Below, in pieces: positions 23,933 through 37,132 of a stretch of 64,000 bases of DNA. The DNA is from Gnetum montanum (lineage: Eukaryota; Plantae; Gnetophyta). Each line of letters opens with the position of its first letter. Positions within the stretch are counted from its first letter, which is position 1. Location of the stretch: assembly GCA_015680685.1 (NCBI GenBank), contig MNCI01000167.1:64346-128345 (forward strand), given 5' to 3'. Position numbers and translations under genes: made by a program. The notes under the pieces were generated by a model, which saw nothing but the letters and a program-made list of their open reading frames with translations, had not been told where the DNA came from and did not search any database.

Positions 23933-26900
23933 GTACAGTGCTATGATTTTTCTTCATAAAACTATTTTTAAAAATAAGTTTTTGACCTTGCAATACATTT
24001 TAAGATCTTTTCATCCCGTGCAAGAGTTGTGAGATGAAATAAGGGTTATGTAATCATTATTATATTAATAGAATAGAACTTACATCGTTCTAACATCTGT
24101 AATGACAGTAAGAACATTTTTACAATGGATAGAGACCAATTTCTAATGATCTTTGAATTGAGTATAGAAATTACAATTAGATAGGAACGGAGCATCCTTT
24201 ATATAACAAATTTTAAAGGTTACATGTGAACTAGAATATAATGTAAGACCCCACAAGCAGAGCCAAATCTAGATTAGTAAAAGGAAAAGTCCTTGCCCAA
24301 AGCAGTTGTTTAATTGACCGATTTTCCAAATTTGATGAGCAAAAGGGCAGCGATAGAAATACATTTGGAATTCTTAACATGATATTTGATGCATACATAT
24401 GAAAATGGTGGGTGGGCAGCTATGGAAATACATTTAGAATTTTTAACATGATATTTGATACATACATATGAAAGTGGTGGGTGCATTGTATAACATCTAC
24501 ATTATTTTAAGGATCAAACATTTGTTAAGAATCCATCAATCTCTTAGAGAAACAAGAAGTTAGTTATTTTTCTTAAGGATCATGTAATCCATTTCACTTA
24601 AGTAATTGAAAAATTATGTTTAATTATGTTGTATATTGGTAGATAAATTACCATATATGGAGACACCAAGTGTTGGTTTATTGAAAAAACATCCCTATAA
24701 TGCTCTCTTCAGTTGTATTCATGGTTGTTTACAGTGGTGCCTGCTACAGTGATTGTTATTATTATTTTTTGAAAAAGATGAAATGCTAGTTTTAAAGTTA
24801 ATTTATGGATGTATTTTGAATAAATTTTTTTGAAAGCTTTCACATAGGATAGCAAATATATTTCTTATAATGCATGGATAACAAATGCATTTCACATAAA
24901 TTACTTGAAAGATCAAATTTGCAGAGATGTCTTTTAGGAGCAATAGATGATAGGAGCAAGCCATATGCTTATGCAGTGGATGATGTGAGTCTAAAATCAT
25001 TTGATTATATCTTTGGAATCTTTTCTACCAAGTTTTAATCTTTGAAGCTATTTTAGATTTTAACCATTACTTAACCAAATATTGTTTCTTAATTTTTCAT
25101 CTGTGAATTTCACCATCCACTAGTTCCTTTTAATCTCCAATACTCCAGGATTCAAGGATTGCAAGGCAAGCTGCTAGAATATTTGGTAAAACTTCGTAAA
25201 AATTATGTTGGGTGACATACATAAAACTTTTTGTACTGGTGCAAAGATTCATGCATATATGATGTTCAATGTGAGACATATGAAACAGTTGATTATTTAG
25301 AGGCCAAGAAGACATCATCAGAGGGATAGAGCTTGCACAAGAGGGTGACTTGAGCTAACTTTAATCAAGCTAAACTAGTGTTGACATCTGTAATTAAGTA
25401 TATATATATTTGCATTATTCATTTGATAATTCTGGGATACTAAAATACTTTAATGCACATATAGCCATTGTACACAATAGCCATGAAACCTGCAATGTCA
25501 GAGGTTGTAAAATGTTGGGCACTGAGTCATGAAGAATGAATATTAAAAGAAAGATAAGATGTGTGTTTCTTAAAATGTACTATAGGGGTGACGAAGGCAT
25601 AAAGTTAGAAATCATTGTGCAAGAGGAAGTCTTGGAGTTCTGCCTATAGGAGAGATGCATGTCCATGGGGTGGACTGGAAGTCACACTGGGTGGCTAACA
25701 TTAGAGATCATTGTGCAAGAGGAAGTCTTGGAGTTATTCCTATAGGAGAAATGTAAGTTTTGGGAAAAATTGATAAATCAAAGAAGACATGAGATGAAAT
25801 AGTCAGAAGAAACAACATAGATTATATTGGTGTGACTAAAGACTAAACCTATGACAGGCAAGTATGGGGGAGCGGAATTTATAATAACATTGGTTGTAGG
25901 TTGAAATCTTTGGTTTTAGTGATAATACTGACCTTGTGACTGTTGTATCAAATGTCTATAGTATCAACATTCATTCCAAGAAAAAACAAAAAAGTCGAAA
26001 TTATCACTTTCAAGCTAGCTAAGTCATATCTGTAATGTACATGTCCCAACTTTATAGTGATGATGATCATATTGTTTCTATGCTATTTGTATTTCCCTCA
26101 AAATTTCTTTCGATCATTCCTTCCTGATTTCAAAAAATCATCTGCTAATAAAGCTCCTCAAGTTTTATTTTTACATAGTGATTCATCAATCCATGTCCAA
26201 TCTTTTGTCAAATCCTGTAAAGATTTTGCGTTTTTGACATTAGAAGATGCTGATTTGTGGCTGCCCAAACTTTATTCCAGGTACAGACAATTATAGGGCA
26301 GTGCATAAAATACGATTCCCATTGTCATAAGCAGCTTTACAGAAGTAACATCTACTAACCGTATTCCATCTCTGTTTATTGAGTTATATATTGTAGAAAA
26401 ATTTTCCGTGCTTATCATCTCAAAAAATGCATGCGCTTTAGGTATTTGGCTTACTTTTTTCAATGCATAGCTTTCTTATCATCTTCTTCATCTTGGTGCC
26501 TTTATTCCTATAACATCAGCTAACCCAGTAAGGTAGGTGAAGGGTTTTGGTGATGATTTTTTTCGTAGCTGGTTGTCTACTTGATGTCACAATGTCCAGC
26601 TTTTTTATATTGTATAGACCGTATTATATGCCTCTGATGCCTTGTATAATTGCTTATTTTTACATATCTAAACCGCACTGACTTGATATTTCTTACAACA
26701 ATCTTTTATCTGTTTTCTTCTATTGAGTGTATGTTTCTCTGATCTTTTTAACTGCTTTGTGTACTACAAAATCTGCATTTGTGGCTAGTTTGTAGCTAAC
26801 TTATATAGAAAATTGAAATTAAAAATAAATGTGCTTGGTATAAAGCGTAGTGTCAAATTCTAAAAGTGGAAATGCATGATATCAAAGTAAACAAAAAATT

Positions 26901-27910
26901 TTATGTCTGTAATGTCGAATAATATTTAAGTGAATTTTTACTGCTTCTTTCTCAGGTAGCCAGATCACCTGCTGTGATATTAGATTTACGATACTTATAC
27001 CATTTCAAGGTTTAGGGTCTCACCTCCAGGAAATTGATGTTTTGAATGGCTGAATCTTTATATTGATGTCATAAAATCATTTGCACTAGTACAGCCACAA
27101 TTGTCATGTTAGACCATGACAACTTTGACAACTTAATTCGGAAATTTGTACTGGGTTTTAAGCAGAAGGGAAACAATACTAAAAGGTAGTATATGGCTAC
27201 GAGTATGTTAGCTTGAACTATACATTGGCATTTTGGAAGTTGTTCATTGATTGACAGATCATTGTTGAATTTCAAGCTTTAGCCTGTGCTTTATATAGCC
27301 AGTTGTAAGTTTGTCAAGATTAGATTCCAAAGAGACGGCATAACTTGATATGATTTGAGGATTATTCACTGTATTCTAGGAATTTCCTTTTGTGAATTAA
27401 TGGAGAAACACAATGAAGATAGAGGGACAATATAACATGATTTATTACCCATATATCTAGAAGCAGTGAAAGTATTACTGTGTCAAGCTAGAAGCTCGGA
27501 GACATAAACTTTGAAGTGAAATAATTCAGAATGCTTAGTAGGAAGTGAAATGATTGGATGTGAAATATTTGAAAAGTGTCATGTGGGAATTTACTTAACA
27601 GGGATGAAAACTGTAAATTTTTTTTTATGGAGATGCATACAGTTTCATTTCATTTACTTTTCCTAAGTAACTTTGTTCGGTTAGATGTTGATACATTTTC
27701 ATTTTTTAAATTAAAAAAATGAAATTAAGTGGTTTTGTTGTTTCCATAGATGTTTCGTTCACATTGAATGGCTCTTGTTAATTATTGTGTGTTTTCGTGC
27801 ATGCCTTATAATATGACCTTGTTGTCTTACGTTTAACTTGTCTTTCTTTATAATCAAATAATACTGGCTTCACAGAAGTCGTAGGAAGATTTGTTTCTAG
27901 TGCAATTTAA

Positions 27911-28126
27911 ATTAGGGGTGGTGCTGGTGGGTGTGGAGGAGGAGAGTGGGGAGAGGGGGTGGGGGTGTGTGGTTTTTGCCTAATGGCCCTACCTGCTGAG
28001 GTTTTTGTGTTCTGGGGTCCTTTGTGCGTAGCGAGGGGGTGGCAGGGGCGTCTTGTGAGCATGGTTTGTACATTCTGTAGATTTTCTCACGTAATATAGC
28101 CTGAATTTTACCCAAAAAAAAAAAAA
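27911..28126 (+). mobile_element. Strongly 5'-truncated LINE 3' end (G-rich UTR plus poly(A))
   Basis: GC-rich island in an AT-rich intron, ending tgtacat...taatatag...ttaccc followed by an A-run. Same layout as the 3' end of LINE C. Confidence 0.7.
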
Positions 28127-28482
28127 GATTTTCACATTAATATTTTAAAAACGATATAATGATATTAAGCCACATTTAGCTATTTATTTGTTCTAAAGAA
28201 AATATGGACTTTCTTGACTCAAAGTCGGTAAATTCTTGGTTGAACTTCAAAAGTTTATGGCGTGAGAATATTTTGCTATAAGTATTTATTAACGAGGGTG
28301 CTAGTAGGTCTGTATTGAGTTCCTTGTAATGCTATAACCCTAGAAAGACGGCATATTGTTTTTATTTGTTCTGTCAAGTTTATGGCCTTTATTTGCTTGA
28401 GGTTATTGTTACATATTATGTTGATTATTGAACATGCACCTTCATGTTTTTGAAGTTTTCTCTACTGTCTTAATTTGAACAG

Positions 28483-28527
28483 TGCTTTCCTGGAGATGCA
28501 CCTCCTCTGTTGTGTGGAGTATTGCAG
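28483..28527 (+). CDS. IPO11: Importin-11 exon: CFPGDAPPLLCGVLQ
   Basis: AG/GT borders, 45 nt. Confidence 0.92.
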
Positions 28528-28622
28528 GTATCTTCTTAGCAAGCTAATAGATTGATTGCTATTATATATAACCTAATGATGTCCTTAAACTTAGCACTTC
28601 CATTCTTGAATTGTTTTTCCAG

Positions 28623-28841
28623 AAACTGGTTGTGATTTTTGTTACTGGAGATGAAGCAGACCCATCAAAAACAGCGATAAGGTCTAGTGCAGGTTCTATT
28701 TTGGCCAGGCTTCTTGTGCAAAACAGTAATTATTTTGCACATTTAATTGCGCAGCCAATATCTTTGACACAGCTTCAGCAAGCAAGCATTAGTCCTGATC
28801 AGAGGATTGTACTTTCTATGGTGGATTCCTGGCTTGATAAG
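28623..28841 (+). CDS. IPO11: Importin-11 exon: KLVVIFVTGDEADPSKTAI...DSWLDK
   Basis: AG/GT borders, 219 nt, DPSKTA..ILARLLV..WLDK motifs. Confidence 0.95.
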
Positions 28842-29711
28842 GTATGTAATTTTCGAAACTGTGCCTATCATGAAATAAGAAACCTGTCAATTGACATATT
28901 TGTACATTGAAAGAAAGCTGAAAGAACAGTGCCTATCATGAAATAAGAGACCTGTCAATTGACATATTTGTACATTGAAAGACAGCTGGAATATTTATGA
29001 AAATACTCCACATTTTTTTGGGGGTGCTGGAGCCAAAAATAATAAATGATAATTAAAACATATTCAGAGGACATCAGAACATCAGCATAAAGGAGAGATA
29101 CTAAACATTAAAAAAGAAAAAGAAAAAGCCCAATGGTTTTGGGATGCCTTGTCAGATTTACATCCTTACAGCTAATCTTGAAAAATCTGTTTTCTAGGGT
29201 AAAAAAAGGATTAGGCCTTGTCCTTGTGCAGAGGGTTTCACTTCGTACTAAAGGCTTCCTTGTAAAGAGGGAAGAAAACTCTCTTCAAAGATAAAGAATG
29301 TAATAGTTTGAAATAAGAAACAAATTACCAAAAAAGTTGATAGCTTTTCCAACTTGACTCCACAAATATAAAAAGAACTAATAATGCAAGAGATGAATTA
29401 ATTGTTTAGCCTTCACTAGATTTTTTTTTGTATGAAGCTGCAATTTAAAAACAACATTTTAAAGAATCTGATATTCAACTCTGGATAGAGATCATTGTAA
29501 TGTTCTTGCTGCTGGAAAATAACTGCACAATGAAGGTTCCAAATAGAATAGAGAATAAGTGGTGAAAGACACTTCCAAATACTCCACAGTTATTTATCTT
29601 CTTTTACTAGAGCATTGCATATTGAAAACAGCATGTATTTGTTGATAGTTTTACAATGTCCTAGATATTTTGTTCATATAGACTTATTGAATATATTTGT
29701 TGAATATCAGT

Positions 29712-29780
29712 GAAGCACTGTTCACTTGGTTAGAGCATGTGGCTTGTGATGTGCAAGTCACAGGTTCAATGCTGAGGGGT
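29712..29780 (+). other. Degenerate tRNA-like sequence (SINE head or tRNA pseudogene, Asn-like)
   Basis: ttcacttggttagagcatgtggct...gtcacaggttcaat resembles a tRNA D-arm/A-box and T-arm/B-box. No intact acceptor stem is evident. Confidence 0.45.
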
Positions 29781-30272
29781 ATGTTTAGACACATGTAACT
29801 TGGGAGCACAATAAAAAATATAAACCGTCATAGATAGGAAGCATCAAGTTGATGATGATAGACGAGTTATTAAACACTGACAAAAATCACTTGAAAATTT
29901 AATTCTGCAGTGTAGGATGCAGAAAATCGTTACTGCTGATTGCATCTACAAGAGTGTGACTTACTGATTTTAAATTTAGTACTTGTATTTGAATCTTTTA
30001 GATGTCTTTTTAGGAAATGATATTAACATTGCAAAATTGTTATTTAAAATAAAAATTTTTCTTCAAATAATGCAAAAACATTTTAACTGAAGAAGCAGCA
30101 ATTTCTGATACGGATGTTTAATTGTAACTATGATTTGCTTTTGTTTAGCCAAAACGTTCATTGATTTCTTTGAATTTAAGTAATTATGTTTATCTATTTA
30201 TTTGTTATTCTTGTCACAGATTTATTTAATACACATATAAATCACTGATTTTAGTATGTTCTTTTTGACCAG

Positions 30273-30379
30273 GCAGATAGCGTAACATTTATTGCTAGAA
30301 AGGCCTATGCATTGGCTCTGTGTTTTCTCTTAAAATTAAGAGAGCCACAGATTCTGGATAAGCTTGACCAGATCATGAG
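30273..30379 (+). CDS. IPO11: Importin-11 exon: ADSVTFIARKAYALAL...LDKLDQIM
   Basis: AG/GT borders, 107 nt (ends in phase 2). Confidence 0.93.
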
Positions 30380-30490
30380 GTGTGGTATTTGTAATGTTAA
30401 TAAGCAATTTGTGTGTCATGGTGGCTTTTGTGTGATATTCTGTGGTTTCCTTGTTAGATTCAAATAAAGTTTCTTTTCTGTACTTTCCAG

Positions 30491-30544
30491 TGTTTGTACA
30501 GGGGTCTTTGTTTCAGATGATTTAGATGGAATCGAGGAAACAAG
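30491..30544 (+). CDS. IPO11: Importin-11 exon: (S)VCTGVFVSDDLDGIEET
   Basis: AG/GT borders, 54 nt, phase consistent with neighbours. Confidence 0.88.
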
Positions 30545-30632
30545 GTGGGAAGTCTATTATACAGATTCAATCTGTCTGGTATTTTTTCTTTTTGTTTGAT
30601 ATTCACATTTTCAAAATTGGATCAAGATGCAG

Positions 30633-30696
30633 TTATGAAAGTCATGACGAAGCAGTGCATTCTGTGTCCCAAAACAAAGAATCAAGGAAGAGACAG
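30633..30696 (+). CDS. IPO11: Importin-11 exon: (S)YESHDEAVHSVSQNKESRKRQ
   Basis: AG/GT borders. An alternative in-frame acceptor lies 6 nt upstream (30627). Contains KE.RKRQ motif. Confidence 0.8.
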
Positions 30697-30785
30697 GTTT
30701 AAAAATTGTGTTATTTTGGATTCATGCAAGTCAGATGTAGCATATTATTTTGTTATGGATTTATTTATTTTTCTGTCTTTGATAG

Positions 30786-30947
30786 GTGAAATCTTCTGAT
30801 CCAATACGGACCATGTCATTATCACATGCCGTGACAGAGAATCTTCAAGCTTGCGCATCTTTGCATGGACATGAAGCATTAAATACAGCCATGTCAAAAT
30901 TGCATCCCACCGTATTGGAACAATTGCAGAATTTTTTACAGACATAG
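30786..30947 (+). CDS. IPO11: Importin-11 last coding exon: VKSSDPIRTMSL...ENLQACASLHG...LQNFLQT*
   Basis: AG acceptor, SDPI..SL...ENLQ.C..LHG C-terminal motif, TAG at 30945-30947. Confidence 0.93.
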   Translation: MKSSDPIRTMSLSHAVTENLQACASLHGHEALNTAMSKLHPTVLEQLQNFLQT

Positions 30948-32879
30948 TTTTGATTGTTGCTATTGTATTCTGTAGAATGCATTTTGTTTTTGTTTTTTCC
31001 CTATCCTTTTTTCCGATTCATTTTGCTTGACGTTTTCCTCTTTCAATTTATTCATGTGCCATAAACTGGCCGAGTCTTTCAAAATGAATGAAATAAATTA
31101 GAAGGAAGACAAGGAAAATTCAATTCGAGAAATATTTTAAGGTAATGTATGTTACATTCCACTTTTTTTTTTGCTTTGGGTTGTCATGGACTTTGCATTG
31201 TATGTGGTATCTCAATACAATAGAAATATATTTTAATTATATTGATTTGGTTTTATACATGCCTGCTTTCTAACATATGAACAAATTTTATCGATCCTCT
31301 GTTGCAGGGTATTTGGATTATGGATTTTCTATATAAGAAATTCTCGGAGTTTTGCATAATTATGTGTATGTCTGCTGCACAAAACGTTCTCCATGTGTTT
31401 AACGAAGAGACTTGTTGTCTGAGTCAAAGGCATTATTTGATGATCCGAACACATGATCATTAAAAGGTGAATTTGCCCTGTTATGAGGGTATTGATTTTA
31501 TGGATTTACTTCTTGTCTGGTAATGTCAATGACATGATGGGAAAACATTATTTTTGGTGCAACTTCAGTCCAGACATGAATTCCAGCCCTTGTCAGTAGG
31601 CAGCTATAATGTATTGGAGTGTTTTCCCACCTTCAAACTGATGGTTATTTACACCTTAATATACCATAGCTTTTGCATCCATAAAATAGTTTTAGTTGAT
31701 ATAGAATACAACGTGCATCACGTTCGTATAAAAGAACCGGGCTAGGTATAAAATAACATTTTTTCTATTCTTAATTTTTAAAATAAAATGAGTCCAAGCA
31801 TGTACCTGGACTGAAAAATTACCACGTTAACTTGTGTCTTCGTATATAAAATATAAAATTTATTTTAGGCCTAAAATTTGGAGGGAGATGACATATGCAT
31901 CAGCATTGAAAGTAAATGTTAATGAGTGTTTTACCCAAATGAGTGTTTCACGCATCATGAAATTTGCGATTAGGCAAAGTTTAAAAGTAAGGAAACATGC
32001 TTCAGAGATTAATGGAACCATGTTAAAGGTAGTTAAAAATGTTATTGTGAGTTTCACCTTCATATTTTTTTCAGCCATGGAAATGGGTGGGTGTTCTAAA
32101 TTTATGATCCAGAATTTGTAGAGCATAAATAATTGGAAACAGCCAGAGTTTTTAAGGATAACTCTAATTGATTCATAAAAAAACGTTGGAACAATATCTG
32201 TCACATGCATGGACATGGACATGCTGATATTTAAAAAGAAAAAGCTTTGGTTTAGTAATACTCAGGCTCAACATAAACCAAGAAGATTTAACATTGACGA
32301 GCACGAGAGTGTGCATTTGACAGAGTGGTGGAGCTCTACGAGCTTTATGTAGTCTATGACATACTATGTGACTATGTTCATTTGTGGGTACTATGCACAG
32401 CCGATTATGCTAATGCATAGTTGTGAACCCTGAATTGACATTGAGATATTATCTTGAACTGACTAGTCTGGATACCCACCCACCACATCTGCTGGTTAAA
32501 AATTTTGTATCTACTATAACTTTAAGGTGTAAATTGTCATTAACGTGATGTGATTTACTAGGTTAAAAGTTGTAGGTTTTATGTCATCAAATTATATAAA
32601 AATATAGGTGTTATGCAATAGATATTTTGGTTAAAGTTGAATTGATTCAACAAATACAATAGGACAATTACAAATTATAACTATTTTTGCTAAAGTTGAA
32701 TTGATATGATTAATTTGACAAAAAAAAAAAGAAGAAGCCTTCATATATATATATATATATATATATAAATCTAAGGCTGTTGTGGAGGTAACTTAATTTT
32801 AAGTTGTTCATGAGTGGTTATTGTTAGTTTGTTAGGCTTGTAGGTTATGGTTGTAGTTTATAGTATATGGGATGCAAGT

Positions 32880-35030
32880 ATATGAAGAAGAGATGCAAAA
32901 GAAGAGTGACAACTTGAGCATATGCTATAACTCTAGATAGTTGGACCAAGAAATAGTTAAGATCCAACATTTGACTACCTGTTTGACTAGTTGAGAGAAG
33001 CTAAGGTGCTCTATAAGATAGATTTGGAGTTTGGATACTACCAAGTTAGGGTAAAAGAAGATTATATACTTTAGATGGTTTTTAGGATAAGATATAGACA
33101 TTTTGAGTTCTTGATCATGTTTATTTGGACTCACCAATGCTCAAAACTTTTCATGCATTTGATAAACAGTGTGATATGTTTGCATCAATTTGTTATTGTT
33201 TTTAGTGATAACATATTGGTCTATTATCCTTTTGCCCAAGAAAACATACCAGAATCTTGGCTTAGGTCACATGGTGCGCTCATTTGGGGAATGAGCTTAT
33301 ATTTCATCCTTACCTAAGTACCTTACGGTACGTTTCACTTTAGTAGTTCAATCACTCAAGGGATGTAGTAAGGATAAAGAGGAGCATAAGGAACACTTGA
33401 GGATAGAGCTATTGACCTTAAGAGTAACTCATTATGTGCCTTCTAGATGAAAGAGATTTAGTTTTTTAGTCATTGGGTGTCAAGAATAAGTAGAGCAATG
33501 GATCCTTCAAAACTATCCATGAGTAAGGATTGGCCTGTTTTGACCTTGGTGATTGGAATAAGAAGCTTCTTAAACCTAACATGCTACAAGGAAAGGTTAA
33601 GAAGGAGGACTTCTCTAAGACAACTCCCTACCTTAATTGCTAAAAAAGAGGACTTCTCTAAGACAACTCCCTACCTTAATTGCTAAAAAAGAATTGTGTT
33701 TCCTCTTGAAGTGATGATTGTTAGAAGGCTTTTGAGAAGTTAAAGAAGAGATTATTCACAACACCTATACTAATCTCACTAACTCTTGGAAAGTTTTATG
33801 ATGATTGTACATTTTGGATGAAGGATTTTAGAGGAGTTTTTATAAAGGAAAAATAATGACTAATGCTTCTAGACTATTGAGGCGTCATACCACACATGAT
33901 CCAGAGCTATATGCCATAGTTTTTGCTCTTAAGAATTGGAGGTTCCACTTGCATGGTAAGCATATTACATTTTCAACATACCATAAGAACTTGTAGTGCA
34001 TGAGAAAAGCATAATTAAGTATAAGATATAGAAGATTGATTTAGATGTTAGCAAACTTTCCACTCTACAATTTAATCTCATCTTAGCAAAGTAATGACCA
34101 TTTGATTATCTCACCTATGCTAAGGGATGAGATAACCTCTTAACAATTCATAAACCCTTAGTATTGAGAGAGGTTATGAGTGCATTTGGTGGATGATTAG
34201 TTGTCTATAGTGGAAAGTTTAGGCTTGTTGAAGTTTAAAAACAAAATTTTGTACCAACATCAGTTAGACAGATGGTCAGCAAGGATATTTCATATTTTAG
34301 AGGATGTGCTTTAGACATTTGAGACATGGTTCTTCTTTGATAAAGATCACTTACAACGATAGTTATTAGACCAATTGGAAGCAACATCATATGGAGTGTT
34401 ATATTGTAGACCTTGCTATACACCCTTTTTGTTGGGAACCTGTAGAGAATAGACAAAGGAACCACACAAATTCCATCAAAGAGGCTTTAGAGCATATCAA
34501 AGTATAAGAGACAGACTTTAGTAGCAGGACAACTTCTTCAAGTATGTCAATAATGAAAGAAGACCTTCAAAAATTCAACTTGGGCAAGCTTCTAAAAAAA
34601 TTACTTTTGAAAGAAAATATGAGATTCAATTGGAGAGGGAAGTTGGCACCACACTACATTGATCCCTTCCTATCTTGGTAAAGACTAGAGTAGTTGCATA
34701 TCTATTCGAACTTCCATAATAATGCAATCTATGATGTGTTTTGGTGTTGAGAATACATATAAATACATTGGATCCTAACCATGTTATAAAGAGGCAAAAT
34801 GTGTGGATTCAACCTAATGGTAGTCATGTAAAGTGTTTAGTTGAGAGTGAGGAGTAAATGGAAAGACATTTGAGAATCAAAAGTATTCTATTGCTAATAT
34901 TATTTAGGCAAAGGCATGATGCACAAAAAGCAACTTAAAAGGTGGGGCAATGATTTTGTGTACCTTTTAAGGGGGAAGTTTCTTAGAAAGGGGAAGAGTG
35001 TAATACCTTGGTTCTCAATACCTCACTCCA
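32880..35030 (+). mobile_element. Heavily decayed Ty3/gypsy chromovirus (Tekay/Del-like) pol remnant with PPT and start of the 3' LTR
   Basis: RT remnant KIDL..GYYQVRVKE..RY.HFEFL.M.FGLTNA..FVIVF.D.IL; RNase H THD.ELYAIVFALK.WR; integrase end GKLAP.YI.PF; purine tract followed by TGTAATACC at 34999. Confidence 0.75.
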
Positions 35031-35999
35031 TGATGAGAACATCAACCCATCTCTTTGATGTATTCTATATCCTTAGTATCCTTAGGAATCATAGGAGCTA
35101 AATAATTTTGTTTGATTTTCCATTTGGAGTCATTTGTGATGTTTGGATAGAATGGGAAGGCCACTATGAGTTGCAGGAGGTCATAATCTAGACATTGCAA
35201 GTAATCGTGAGTTGCTGTCTACTGGAGTTGGCTATCTAAGGTTAAATTCCTCATGTTTCATGTCTTTAGTAGAGTGTGAGGTGGATGCGAGTGCATGAGG
35301 TTGCAATCTAAGAGGGCAAGCCATGGTTTGGTTGTAGTTAGCCAGTTGCAAGCTATTGATCATTACAATCTACTTGCATTATTTAGAGAAAGAGTGACAA
35401 GAAATCAAGTTTATTTACTAGTGTGATTGTCTTCGAGTTACAGTCTATTGCAGGCTATGATATGCAAGTTGCTACAACTCATTGACACTTGTAGTCTCTA
35501 GTAATAAAAAATTAGTGCATTTTTCTAGTGTAAAGGGTTGTGAGCTGCAATCTCGTCATAGTTTGGGAGATGTAGTTGCTGCAACCAACAAGCACTCCTA
35601 ATCTTAAAAAAAAAATAATAAAAAAAAAATAAAAAAAAATCAAAAAAATTGAAAGGCATGAATTTTGAGGGGTAATTGAAAGACCAGGGATGCTTCTGAA
35701 GTTGATTGGCCTTGTCTACCATATCATTGAGAGCTCTTGAATGAAGAGGAGTGTCTCAATTATGAGTCCATTGATGTTTTCTCATCTTGAGCATTTTTCT
35801 TGAGGAGTGTGAGAGTGAGAGAGGATTGTCTTGGGTCTTCTTCCATATTCATGTTTGTGTTGTATTTCCAGTACTTGCACTATGATTTTGGCATTGAATA
35901 AAGAATTTTTCTTTTTTATTTATGGTTTATTCTCTTGCTACTCCATTAAAGTTGGATGCTAAGGGAACTAAGTACTTGTTGTTCTTGGGGTCCTCATCA
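35031..35999 (+). repeat. 5' LTR of the CRM-like element
   Basis: TGATG...CATCA inverted termini, followed by aattagtatcagag (degenerate tRNA-iMet PBS TGGTATCAGAGC). Confidence 0.75.
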
Positions 36000-36720
36000 A
36001 ATTAGTATCAGAGAGCATTTGATTCTTAGAGCAATTTAGCCATGGAGATGTACTCTTTTGACTTTAATCATTGAGTTGTGTAATGGTCAATTACTCTCAT
36101 CATTTAATTGTATGAGAATTGTAATTTGGTTTTTTCTTTCTCCTACTCTTCTTAGGATTTGAGAATTATTCCTTTGGCCTAGAATTAAGGTTAATTGATT
36201 TGGGTTTTGATAATTGCATCCATTTGTACTACCCATTAGCTTGGTTGAGATAAGGTTTATGTTATTTTGCTTTAGACTTACTCAAATTGGTTTTGGATAT
36301 TTCATATATCTTGTGGGTATTCCATAATTAGTTGTGTGCTCCAATATTTTTGTGAGTTTTTAAATTTCTCTTGTAGCTATTCTAAATTTTGGTATAATTC
36401 CATCATGGCACCCAAGAAGAAGATCATTTAATCTCTTCCTAAGGACATGGAAGAGATGAAGGGGGATTTTCAATTTTAAAAAACTTAAAAAGCTGAAAGA
36501 AGATAAGGAAAAGAAGCCACCATCTCTAAGAAGATCTAAGTAAGATGCGAAGTAAAGAGTTTCTTTCTCTAATGGTTATCATTTCATGCATGATTTCAAA
36601 GATGGCATTATTGTTGGTCTTGAAGACCTTGAAGATAAGGATGATGATGAAGAAGAGGAAATTCATCATTCTTGAGTTGTGCATTAGCCACAAAGGTTAA
36701 GTATTGCAAGTGAAAGGAGT

Positions 36721-37132
36721 GTTAGATCTATTTCAAGACAAGAAGGGAAAATTAGAGATGACAAGGAGATTACTCTTGCTAAAGCCTTTAGACATGATGC
36801 AAGAATGCATTATGTTGAGGTCCAAACCTTTAATGGGATGAAAGGTACAAATTTCTTTACTTCTTGGCTTAAGACAATTAACAAGTATTATGTGTGTGTG
36901 TGTGTGTGTGTTAGATCTATTTCAAGACAAGAAGGGAAAATTAGAGAAGACAAGGAGATTACTCTTGCTAAAGCCTTTAGACACGATGCAAGAATGCATT
37001 ATGTTGAGGTCCAAACCTTTAATGGGATGAAAGGTACAAATTTCTTTACTTCTTGGCTTAAGACAATTAACAAGTATTGTGTGTGTGTGTGTGTGTGCGT
37101 GCGCGCGTGTGCGTGTGCGTGTGCGTGTGTGT
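36721..37132. repeat. 189-bp tandem duplication, each copy ending in a (TG)n microsatellite
   Basis: Copies start at 36721 and 36910 and are nearly identical. TG/CG repeats at ~36889-36910 and 37078-37132. Confidence 0.95.

Noticed and set aside
28611-28910. ORF-track ORFs (28611-28910, 22462-22659) as standalone genes
   Set aside because: They are importin-11 exons with read-through into introns.
29712-29780. Functional tRNA gene
   Set aside because: Acceptor and anticodon stems do not pair; kept only as a tRNA-like relic.
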